Below, one piece after another: positions 5,174 to 11,575 of a stretch of 11,597 nucleotides of DNA. The notes under the pieces were generated by a model. That model had not been told where the DNA came from, searched no databases, and saw only the letters and a list, made by a program, of their open reading frames with translations. A program made the translations under genes and the position numbers. How positions within the stretch are numbered: the stretch's first letter is position 1; each line of letters starts with the position of its first letter. Source of the DNA: a virus (taxonomy: Duplodnaviria; Heunggongvirae; Uroviricota; Caudoviricetes); the IMG/VR virus record IMGVR_UViG_638341087_000009, positions 1-11,597 of that record; one strand, 5' to 3'.

Positions 5174-5848
5174 ATGGAAACCGTATCTGACGCACTGAAA
5201 GCACTGAAAAAAGCCTCTTCACATGTGGTGGCAGCTCGCCTTGGAATCAGTCGTGAAGAGGCTGTCAACGAGCTGTGGGAACTCAAAAGAAAAGGCGTCG
5301 TTGATAAAACTGGTCACACCTGGTTTCTGGCTGGCGAAGGTGAATCCCGGGTAACCGAAGAGCGGCCAGTAAAATCTGAAGCACAGGATATGCTGACCGG
5401 GGAGGTCGAACAAAAAGTTACCGCAGACATGATGATTGAGTTTATCGGTCAGGATGGGGCTAAAACGTGTGAGGAACTGGCGGGTAAGTTCGGTGTCAGT
5501 ACTCGCAAGGTTGCTTCCACGCTGGCGGTGGTAACCGCAACGGGGCGGCTGGCACGCGTTAATCAGAACGGTAAATTTCGTTACTGCATGCCGGGCGATA
5601 ATTTACCAGCAGAGCCGAAAGCCGCGCTGGTAACGGAAAGTGATGGTAAGGCCTTTCCTCAGCCAGCAGGTGCTGCGTTACCAGTCCGGGAAGCCGCAAC
5701 ACAGGAAGAAATTAAAACAGAAACTGTGGCGGACATTGTGCAGCCGTTGCCATCGTTTACCGAAACGCAAGCAGATGAGCTGATTTTTCCGTCCCTTCGC
5801 AGGGCAAACCTGGCGCTGCGCAGGGCGAAAAGTGATGTTCAGAAGTGA
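5174..5848 (+). CDS. Hypothetical protein (224 aa) with two winged-helix-like repeats
   Basis: GGAGGA (5161-5166) 7 nt before ATG 5174. Two similar modules of about 50 aa (ALKALKKASSHVVAARLGISREEAVNELWELKRKGVVDKTG and MIEFIGQDGAKTCEELAGKFGVSTRKVASTLAVVTATGRLARVNQNG). Function unknown. Confidence 0.6.
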   Translation: METVSDALKALKKASSHVVAARLGISREEAVNELWELKRKGVVDKTGHTWFLAGEGESRVTEERPVKSEAQDMLTGEVEQKVTADMMIEFIGQDGAKTCEELAGKFGVSTRKVASTLAVVTATGRLARVNQNGKFRYCMPGDNLPAEPKAALVTESDGKAFPQPAGAALPVREAATQEEIKTETVADIVQPLPSFTETQADELIFPSLRRANLALRRAKSDVQK

Positions 5849-5959
5849 GAGCGAGTCTGCGCCGCGCTGCGGGAGCTGAACAAGCACCGGGATATTGTTC
5901 GACAGATTACTGATTCTTCCCGCCGTGTTGTATCGGAAAAGTGATTGCCGGAGGCGCTT

Positions 5960-6382
5960 ATGGCAAAAGTATTTACACAAGAAGAGCGGGAAAAAATTAA
6001 AGGGCAGGTTGTTGAACTAGTACGCCGGAGTGGGCGCGAGACGTTACGGCAACTGGAAGCCAAGACAGGTGCGACAAGATATCTGATGAGCGTTCTCGCC
6101 AGAGAGCTGGTTGCCAGTGGCGATGTATACAACTCTGGTTACGGGTTATTCCCGTCTGAACAGGCTCGTAAGGACTGGCAAAATGCCCGCAAAAAACTAT
6201 CTAGGGCAAAGGTGAAGAAACCATCTGTGGTTGATCCGGATCTTATCTGGTCATTACCAGACGGAGAAATACGCCGCTACGACAGGCGTCTGAACATAAT
6301 CTGTAGCGAGTGCCGGAAGAGCGAAGCTATGCAGCGTGTACTGGCTTTCTATCAGGGTAATTTTCAGAAGGTGCTGTTGTGA
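5960..6382 (+). CDS. Hypothetical protein (140 aa), nin-like region
   Basis: GGAGG (5950-5954) 5 nt before ATG 5960. Charged N-terminus with a C-terminal CSEC motif. No family recognised. Confidence 0.55.
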   Translation: MAKVFTQEEREKIKGQVVELVRRSGRETLRQLEAKTGATRYLMSVLARELVASGDVYNSGYGLFPSEQARKDWQNARKKLSRAKVKKPSVVDPDLIWSLPDGEIRRYDRRLNIICSECRKSEAMQRVLAFYQGNFQKVLL

Positions 6383-6487
6383 GCCAAATTAACAATCGGA
6401 ACTTCGTGAAGAGAAAGCATAATCCAAATCTGAATAATTAAGTTCAGCACTGTAAATAAAATTTAATCCTTAACTGGAGGTATATTT

Positions 6488-6700
6488 ATGTTAAATACAC
6501 AGAAAGCCATTAATGCGGAAAAATATAACGAGTGGGCAAGAAAATTCTCTGAGCAGATTTTTAAAATTACTGGCGATGAGAATGTGGCAAAAAATGAATT
6601 AGAACCGTGGACACCTGAAGGAAACGCACCAAATTATTGCTGGTGGGAGGTTGATCCGGTTGATGCTGCAAATGAAGCCATGAGTTACCACAACGATTAA
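6488..6700 (+). CDS. Hypothetical small protein (70 aa), AT-rich
   Basis: GGAGG (6476-6480) 7 nt before the ATG, in an AT-rich island. No family recognised. Confidence 0.55.
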   Translation: MLNTQKAINAEKYNEWARKFSEQIFKITGDENVAKNELEPWTPEGNAPNYCWWEVDPVDAANEAMSYHND

Positions 6701-6704
6701 TGTC

Positions 6705-6735
6705 GGGAGGCCGCCCGAAAGGGCGGTAAGAAATG
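6705..6735 (+). promoter_or_regulatory. SD-hairpin-start codon arrangement upstream of the membrane-protein gene
   Basis: GGGAGG (6705-6710), then hairpin CCGCCC-GAAA-GGGCGG (6711-6726, GAAA tetraloop), then ATG 6733. The hairpin sits between the SD and the start codon. Confidence 0.35.
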
Positions 6736-6951
6736 ACTACATTATTCAGAAAAGAATATCCGCAAAAAAGTAGGGCGACAGAATTTTTGTTTCTCATTCT
6801 GTTTATCGTATTGATGATACCGATATCCCCTCTAATTTTTGTCTGGGCAATCGGGAAAATAATTGAGCCAGTTACTGAATTGTATACCGACGTTGTATGG
6901 GCGTCGTTCAACACACTGCACAATAAAATTAATCCGTATAAGGAAAACTGA
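6733..6951 (+). CDS. Small predicted membrane protein (72 aa)
   Basis: Hydrophobic stretch EFLFLILFIVLMIPISPLIFVWAIG consistent with a transmembrane helix. Its stop overlaps the next start as TGATATG. Confidence 0.5.
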   Translation: MTTLFRKEYPQKSRATEFLFLILFIVLMIPISPLIFVWAIGKIIEPVTELYTDVVWASFNTLHNKINPYKEN

Positions 6952-6952
6952 T

Positions 6953-7216
6953 ATGGCAACTTTGACAAAAAAAGAACGGGCATGGTTAAACGAATTACAG
7001 GAAGTTCTTGATCGCTGTCCATCACCGAAAAAAATTGGCTTTTACACCATTGGCGATAAAAGCATTTACCTGTATGACCTACGCCGCATGGATGAAATCA
7101 TGGAGGCTCTTGATAATCGTTCGTCGATGGATTGGTGTGTTGCTGTTCATGATATGAATGCAGGGTTTGATGAAAAGATTTTGTTCCCCTCATCAGTTGA
7201 AAGCACTGCGGGTTAA
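6953..7216 (+). CDS. Hypothetical small protein (87 aa)
   Basis: ATG 6953 two nt after the upstream stop, with AAGGAAAA upstream. The track ORF from 6863 is an upstream extension overlapping the preceding gene. Confidence 0.5.
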   Translation: MATLTKKERAWLNELQEVLDRCPSPKKIGFYTIGDKSIYLYDLRRMDEIMEALDNRSSMDWCVAVHDMNAGFDEKILFPSSVESTAG

Positions 7217-7226
7217 GGAGTAACAC

Positions 7227-8096
7227 ATGACCACTATTACCAAAGAACGTATTGAATTGTTCATTAAAAATCCGGTTGAAAACGGGCTTACCCGTGGTGA
7301 ACAAATGGAACTGGCACGGATTGCGCTGGCATCGCTGGAAGCAGAGCCGGTGGCAAAGATTATAGCTCATTACCCATTAGGGGTTGACGTAGGCAAACAA
7401 AAATTCGTACAGGCCATTAGAGAGCTTCCTGACTTTGGCGGATATCTATTTGCCGCCCCTCCAGCGCCGATAGTGCCGGAAGAAATGTATTGGCAGGATG
7501 CGCCAGTTGAAGGCAGCAGCAAAGCGGCTGCATACGCTACAGGCTGGAACGATTGCCGCGAAGCCATGCTTCAGTCCGGAAACTTTCGGGAAAATAAAGA
7601 TTCGTCAACCAATAATTTTCGGAAAATCCCGGAAGCGTCAACCAGCTCTCCGGTAACTCCGGCTCTTCTGCCTGGTGGTTTCACCATTGAGGAGGCGAAG
7701 GAATTACATGAAGACCTGGTACGCAGCCACATAAGCAAGGCCTTAAGTGGCGAAAAGATGAAAAAGAAAGATCGCGATGCTGATTTGCGCTGGATTCATG
7801 GCGTTATAGTTCAGGCAGCGTGGTTTGTAAAAGCATCACTGGAGCAGAATGCACTATCGGGCAACTATCCGGTAACTCCGGATAGTTGGATAAGCTGTAG
7901 TGAGCGAATGCCGGATACCAAAACAGCCGTTCTTGTTGCCGTGGAGTTTGACAGGAAAGGTGACTGGCGAATGAAATGGGCGACTTACATCCCGGGGCAT
8001 CCTGACGCTAATGATGGGTGGATAATTCCTGGTGCGTCGTGGAAACCGTCACACTGGATGCCGCTACCAGAACCGCCGCAGGAGGTGCGCCAATGA
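7227..8096 (+). CDS. DUF551 domain-containing phage protein (289 aa)
   Basis: AAGGAG (7215-7220) 6 nt before the ATG. C-terminus ...WISCSERMPDTKTAVLVAV...GWIIPGASWKPSHWMPLPEPP matches the DUF551 signature recalled from memory (WxxxxExxP ... HWMPLPEPP). The roughly 220-aa N-terminal region is unassigned. Confidence 0.7.
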   Translation: MTTITKERIELFIKNPVENGLTRGEQMELARIALASLEAEPVAKIIAHYPLGVDVGKQKFVQAIRELPDFGGYLFAAPPAPIVPEEMYWQDAPVEGSSKAAAYATGWNDCREAMLQSGNFRENKDSSTNNFRKIPEASTSSPVTPALLPGGFTIEEAKELHEDLVRSHISKALSGEKMKKKDRDADLRWIHGVIVQAAWFVKASLEQNALSGNYPVTPDSWISCSERMPDTKTAVLVAVEFDRKGDWRMKWATYIPGHPDANDGWIIPGASWKPSHWMPLPEPPQEVRQ

Positions 8097-8176
8097 ACTG
8101 GCCTGAAGCATTTGCAATTACAGGCGTTGCTATGGCTATCGCTTTTTTAGTATATGTTATTTGTCGGTGGGGGTAA
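8093..8176 (+). CDS. Unannotated tiny hydrophobic ORF (27 aa): MNWPEAFAITGVAMAIAFLVYVICRWG
   Basis: ATG overlaps the upstream stop (ATGA); GGAGGTG (8081-8087) lies 5 nt upstream. One predicted transmembrane segment. Too short for the ORF track. Confidence 0.35.
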   Translation: MNWPEAFAITGVAMAIAFLVYVICRWG

Positions 8177-8211
8177 AAACGTTCGCCGGGATTAACACCA
8201 AAGGAGGGAAT

Positions 8212-8316
8212 ATGTCGGATGATATCTCACTGGCAATGGAAGGTGCGCTGGCTGTTATTGCTGTTGTGGGCGTTTACTGCCTGGTTGTGTTTTTGATGGA
8301 TCGACTAGGGAACTAA
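8212..8316 (+). CDS. Unannotated small membrane peptide (34 aa): MSDDISLAMEGALAVIAVVGVYCLVVFLMDRLGN
   Basis: Strong SD AAGGAGGG (8201-8208) 3-4 nt before the ATG. One transmembrane segment with a charged C-terminus. Confidence 0.45.
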   Translation: MSDDISLAMEGALAVIAVVGVYCLVVFLMDRLGN

Positions 8317-8324
8317 ATTCATTA

Positions 8325-8346
8325 CGATATGGGAATTCCCATATCG
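8325..8346. repeat. 22-bp perfect palindrome CGATATGGGAATTCCCATATCG
   Basis: Exact inverted repeat with no spacer, centred on GAATTC, between the small-peptide gene and the hok promoter. Confidence 0.8.
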
Positions 8347-8358
8347 GGTAAAAACGGT

Positions 8359-8386
8359 TTGCGGTAAAGCGAGAGTTAAGTAGAAT
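8359..8386 (+). promoter_or_regulatory. Candidate promoter for the hok/mok mRNA
   Basis: TTGCGG (8359-8364), 16-bp spacer, TAGAAT (8381-8386). Predicted start near 8393 gives an mRNA of about 420 nt to the terminator at 8812, similar to known hok mRNAs. Confidence 0.4.
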
Positions 8387-8440
8387 TGCTGCGGGCGCTT
8401 GAGGCTGTCTGCCTCGGGCATGCCACCGTAAGGCAGACAG

Positions 8441-8512
8441 AGAAAAGCCCCAGTTAACATTACGCGTCCGGCAAGACGCTTAACATTAATCTGAGGCCAT
8501 ATCTATGCTCTA
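8441..8512 (-). ncRNA. Candidate Sok-like antisense RNA (about 70 nt)
   Basis: Weak minus-strand promoter (TTGCCT, complement of 8543-8548; 17-bp spacer; TAACCT, complement of 8520-8525). Transcript would be antisense to the mok-frame SD and ATG (8493-8507). It would end in a minus-strand hairpin (arms 8491-8497 / 8447-8453, inner stem 8464-8468 / 8475-8479) followed by UUUUCU. Structure-based inference only. Confidence 0.3.
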
Positions 8513-8561
8513 CACACGTAGGTTAGCCTCTTACGTGCCGAAAGGCAAGGAGAAGCAGGCT

Positions 8562-8717
8562 ATGAAGCAGCAAAAGGCGATGCTAATCGCCCTGATCGTC
8601 ATCTGTTTAACCGTCATAGTGACGGCACTGGTAACGAGGAAAGACCTCTGCGAGGTACGAATCCGAACCGGCCAGACGGAGGTCGCTGTCTTCACAGCTT
8701 ACGAACCTGAGGAGTAA
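8562..8717 (+). CDS. hokD: Hok/Gef-family type I toxin (51 aa), closest to HokD/RelF; in-frame Mok-like extension from ATG 8505
   Basis: MKQQKAMLIALIVICLTVIVTALVTRKDLCEVRIRTGQTEVAVFTAYEPEE is the Hok family signature (transmembrane helix plus ...TRK.LCE..IR.G..EVAAF.AYE). AAGGAG (8547-8552) lies 9 nt before ATG 8562. The upstream in-frame ATG 8505 with its own GAGG gives a 70-aa form, as in chromosomal mok genes. Confidence 0.85.
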   Translation: MKQQKAMLIALIVICLTVIVTALVTRKDLCEVRIRTGQTEVAVFTAYEPEE

Positions 8718-8785
8718 GAGACCCGGCGGGGGAGAAATCCCTCGCCACCGCTGATGTGTCAGGCATCCTCAACGCACCCGCACTT

Positions 8786-8812
8786 AACCCGCTTCGGCGG
8801 GTTTTGTTTTTT
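8786..8812 (+). terminator. Intrinsic terminator of the hok transcript
   Basis: Stem AACCCGC / GCGGGTT with TTCG loop (8786-8803), followed by TTGTTTTTT. Confidence 0.65.
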
Positions 8813-8884
8813 CTGGTCGTTCTGGTTTACAATCCATCCGTCAGCCTGAACAACTGGCACCTGCTGCGCCAGCAGAGAAAACAG

Positions 8885-9163
8885 ATGGCGCACGATACCA
8901 AATTTTACAATTCGGATAACTCTGCCGCCCCTGCCAGCAGGCACGGGCGGCGTTCCCGCACTTTCAAATCTGACTGGTTCCAGCATCCCCCATGCACTGA
9001 AGAACAGGCCGAGTGGCTAATTCAGTGCTACCGCAGACACGGATACGAGATTAAGAAAGCCCTCAGCCTCGATTATCGTCACTGGATAATCTCCGTCAGG
9101 CTTCCTTACTCCGAACGACCACCGCGTCCGTCCCGCACATTCCAGCAACGCATCTGGAGGTAA
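8885..9163 (+). CDS. Hypothetical protein (92 aa), Rem-like by position
   Basis: ATG 8885; the track ORF from 8756 would run through the terminator. The order hok, small protein, DUF968 protein, Q matches my recollection of Qin prophage hokD-rem-ydfU-quuQ. Weak SD. Confidence 0.5.
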   Translation: MAHDTKFYNSDNSAAPASRHGRRSRTFKSDWFQHPPCTEEQAEWLIQCYRRHGYEIKKALSLDYRHWIISVRLPYSERPPRPSRTFQQRIWR

Positions 9164-9164
9164 C

Positions 9165-10211
9165 GTGCGGGTATTACTTCGACCTGTTCTGGTACCGGAA
9201 CTCGGGCTGGTGATCGTTAAGCCGGGCCGTGAATCCATGCCGGTATTCCACAATACCCGGGTACTGGTGGAGCCGGAACCGAAAAGCATGCGTAATCTGC
9301 CGTCCGGGGTCGTTCCTGCCGTTCGCCAGCCGCTGGCGGAGGATAAATCATTACTGCCATTTTTCAGCGACGAACGAGTGATTCGTGCTGCTGGTGGCGC
9401 TGGCGCATTGTCTGACTGGCTGTTGCGCCATATTAAATCCTGCCAGTGGCCACACGGCGATTATCATCACAGCGAAACCGTCATTCACCGTTATGGTACC
9501 GGCGCAATGGTGTTGTGCTGGCACTGCGACAACCAGCTGCGCGACCAGACCTCCGAATCACTGGAACATCTGGCTCAACAAAACCTGGCAGCCTGGATGA
9601 TTGACGTCATACGCCATGCAATGAATGGCTCGCAGGAGCGTGAATTATCTCTGGCTGAATTATCCTGGTGGGCGGTCCGCAATCAGGTGGCGGACGCGCT
9701 ACCGGAAGCGGTATTACGTCGTTCGCTGGGGTTGCGTGCGGAAAAAATCCGCTCAATGTACCGTGAAAGCGACATCGTACCGGGAGAGCAGACCGCCACC
9801 AGCATACTGAAGCAGCGCACAAAAAATCTTGCGCCGCTGCCTCACGCTCACCAGCAAAAACCGCCACAGGAAAAGACGGTGGTCAGCATTGCCGTTGATC
9901 CTGAGTCTCCGGAATCTTTCATGAAACGACCTAAACGTCGCCGCTGGGTTAACGAGAAATACACGCACTGGGTGAAGACACAGCCGTGTGCGTGTTGTGG
10001 TAAGCCTGCTGACGATCCGCATCACCTGATTGGTCATGGTCAGGGGGGAATGGGGACAAAATCTCACGATATTTTCACGCTACCGCTGTGTCGGGAGCAT
10101 CACAACGAGCTTCATGCGGATCCGCTGGCGTTCGAAGAAAAGCATGGTTCTCAGGTTGATTTAATTTTTCGTTTTCTTGATCACGCCTTTGCAACTGGCG
10201 TGCTTGGGTAA
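9165..10211 (+). CDS. ydfU: YdfU-like DUF968 protein (348 aa) with a Cys/His metal-binding-like C-terminus
   Basis: GTG start 4 nt after GGAGG (9156-9160). C-terminal motif ...QPCACCGKPADDPHHLIGHGQGGMGTKSHDIFTLPLCREHHNELH.... Length is close to K-12 YdfU (about 349 aa, recalled from memory). Confidence 0.7.
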   Translation: MRVLLRPVLVPELGLVIVKPGRESMPVFHNTRVLVEPEPKSMRNLPSGVVPAVRQPLAEDKSLLPFFSDERVIRAAGGAGALSDWLLRHIKSCQWPHGDYHHSETVIHRYGTGAMVLCWHCDNQLRDQTSESLEHLAQQNLAAWMIDVIRHAMNGSQERELSLAELSWWAVRNQVADALPEAVLRRSLGLRAEKIRSMYRESDIVPGEQTATSILKQRTKNLAPLPHAHQQKPPQEKTVVSIAVDPESPESFMKRPKRRRWVNEKYTHWVKTQPCACCGKPADDPHHLIGHGQGGMGTKSHDIFTLPLCREHHNELHADPLAFEEKHGSQVDLIFRFLDHAFATGVLG

Positions 10212-10223
10212 AAGAGGTGACTG

Positions 10224-10583
10224 ATGCTCATAGATTTGGTTTTACCTTACCCGCCGACGGTGAACACTTACTGGCGACGCCGTGGCAGCACATATTTTGT
10301 ATCAAAAGCCGGGGAGCGTTATCGCCGGGCTGTGGCGCTTATTGTTCGCCAGCAGCGACTGAAATTAAGCCTGTCCGGACGGCTGGCAATAAAAATTATT
10401 GCAGAGCCACCGGATAAGCGTCGTCGTGACCTGGACAATATTCTGAAAGCACCGCTGGATGCGCTGACGCATGCGGGAGTGCTCATTGATGACGAGCAGT
10501 TTGATGAAATCAATATTGTACGTGGTCAGCCAGTATCTGGTGGACGGCTGGGTGTGAAGATTTACAAAATTGAGAGTGAGTGA
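10224..10583 (+). CDS. rusA: RusA-family Holliday junction resolvase (119 aa)
   Basis: ...LPYPPTVNTYWRRRG...PPDKRRRDLDNILKAPLDALTHAGVLIDDEQ...GGRLGVKIY... matches RusA motifs recalled from memory (PPSNNRYY..., PDRRRRDLDN..K...DALT.AG...DD, GGRL). GAGGTG lies 4 nt before the ATG. Confidence 0.85.
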   Translation: MLIDLVLPYPPTVNTYWRRRGSTYFVSKAGERYRRAVALIVRQQRLKLSLSGRLAIKIIAEPPDKRRRDLDNILKAPLDALTHAGVLIDDEQFDEINIVRGQPVSGGRLGVKIYKIESE

Positions 10584-10591
10584 GCGTAAAT

Positions 10592-11122
10592 ATGATATAT
10601 CCGGAAATTACAGGCAAAAGCGGCGAACATTTACGCCTGAACACGCTGGAAGCAGTCTGGATCCAGGGGAAATTACGGATGTGGGGGCGGTGGTCGTATA
10701 TCGGTGGGGGTAAATCCGGAAATATGTTTAACCGGTTACTGGTTTCGAAAAAGCTGACGAAAACAGCAGTTAATGAGGTTTTACGCAGCATGAAGAAATC
10801 CGGGCTGGAAAAACCGGAACTTGAGGCATTTTTTCGGGATATGACCAGAGGGAAGCAGAAGAGCTGGTTGTCACATTGTACAGACACAGAGGCGTTGATT
10901 ATTGATCGCGTTATCAGTGAGGTGCTTGGGGAATATCCCGGGCTAATCAATATTCTCCGGCAAAGGTACGAAGGACGGGGAATGAGTAAGAGAAAAATGG
11001 CAGAATGTTTAAATCGTACTCACCCGGAATGGTGTTTCAGCACATGTGAGAAACGTATTGCAGGTTGGTTAGCCGTGGCTGAACACATGCTTTATGTACC
11101 TATGCACGATTCATTTCGATAA
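10592..11122 (+). CDS. Q-like late-gene antiterminator (176 aa); assignment mainly positional
   Basis: Immediately follows rusA (start 8 nt after its stop) and precedes a short terminator-bounded region, as Q does in lambdoid phages. Sequence similarity to Q families is not verified. Confidence 0.5.
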   Translation: MIYPEITGKSGEHLRLNTLEAVWIQGKLRMWGRWSYIGGGKSGNMFNRLLVSKKLTKTAVNEVLRSMKKSGLEKPELEAFFRDMTRGKQKSWLSHCTDTEALIIDRVISEVLGEYPGLINILRQRYEGRGMSKRKMAECLNRTHPEWCFSTCEKRIAGWLAVAEHMLYVPMHDSFR

Positions 11123-11129
11123 AAAAAGC

Positions 11130-11158
11130 TTGCTTTTTTACGCAGAAACAGCTTGAAT
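11130..11158 (+). promoter_or_regulatory. Candidate pR'-like late promoter
   Basis: TTGCTT (11130-11135), 17-bp spacer, TTGAAT (11153-11158), 8 nt after the Q-like stop. Weak match; placement is by analogy. Confidence 0.2.
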
Positions 11159-11216
11159 TCCTGTAAGCTTCGCAAAGCTGTATCGCGAGGCGAAATGCAA
11201 GTTTTTTCGCACAAGG

Positions 11217-11241
11217 AAGCCACCGGAAGGTGGTTTTTTTT
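11217..11241 (+). terminator. Intrinsic terminator (tR'-like)
   Basis: Stem GCCACC / GGTGG(T) with GGAA loop (11219-11233), followed by an 8-nt T run (11234-11241). Confidence 0.65.
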
Positions 11242-11364
11242 GTGTCCGTAATATACAGCAGCGCAATAAATTCGCTGGTGGTTATTAATACCGTTCTTTC
11301 AGCTTGCTGGCTTTTTCGACAAGAGTTATTGGTGTGTCACGTTAACCGAAAAAGGGAAAAAGAC

Positions 11365-11562
11365 ATGCTGAAACAGCAGGATATGACCGAAACCGCCAGA
11401 GTGGTGTTTAATGAATTAAGCGTTACCGAACCGGCGACAGTCGGGGAGGTTGCGCAGAATACTTACCTTTCACGCGAACGCTGCCAGTTAATACTGACCC
11501 AGCTTGTTATGGCGGGTCTGGCAGACTATCAGTGCGGTTGTTACAGACGCCTTCAGTCCTGA
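11365..11562 (+). CDS. Hypothetical small protein (65 aa), first gene after the tR'-like terminator
   Basis: ATG 11365 with AAGGG 8 nt upstream. The track ORF from 11230 would begin inside the terminator. Not hydrophobic, so not a holin. Confidence 0.45.
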   Translation: MLKQQDMTETARVVFNELSVTEPATVGEVAQNTYLSRERCQLILTQLVMAGLADYQCGCYRRLQS

Positions 11563-11575
11563 AGGCTTTTTATTT
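11549..11575 (+). terminator. Candidate intrinsic terminator overlapping the stop codon of the 65-aa gene
   Basis: Stem GCCTTCA / TGAAGGC with GTCC loop (11549-11566), followed by TTTTTATTT. Confidence 0.5.

Noticed and set aside
3130-5413. Minus-strand track ORFs antisense to ydaT and the replication genes (3130..3348, 3588..3791, 4059..4262, 4129..4479, 4562..4912, 4596..4802, 4711..5286, 4809..5087, 5219..5413)
   Set aside because: GC-rich antisense frames with Arg/Ser/Cys-rich low-complexity translations and no SD; the plus-strand genes have recognisable homology and coupling.
5678-6132. Minus-strand track ORFs 5678..5980 and 5839..6132
   Set aside because: Antisense shadows of plus-strand genes with SDs; low-complexity translations.
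6567-7025. 152-aa minus-strand ORF spanning the AT-rich island
   Set aside because: Starts at GTG/ATG with no SD (upstream is TTTTTTCG) and runs antisense to three plus-strand genes that have SDs and stop/start coupling. A long ORF in AT-rich DNA is less expected by chance, so this rejection is only moderately confident.
7098-7567. Minus-strand track ORFs 7098..7370 and 7370..7567
   Set aside because: Antisense to the DUF551 gene and the preceding small gene; no SD.
8756-10950. Track ORFs 8759..8986 (-), 9017..9289 (-), 9385..9600 (+), 9607..9867 (-), 9625..9810 (+), 9753..10067 (-), 10217..10417 (+), 10319..10513 (-), 10510..10950 (-), and the 8756 extension of the Rem-like gene
   Set aside because: All overlap the well-supported YdfU-like, RusA and Q-like genes in other frames or strands. 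The 8756 extension would start inside the hok terminator.
11230-11364. Upstream extension of the 65-aa gene (track start 11230)
   Set aside because: Would begin inside the terminator T-tract and encodes a hydrophobic low-complexity leader; the internal ATG 11365 has an SD.
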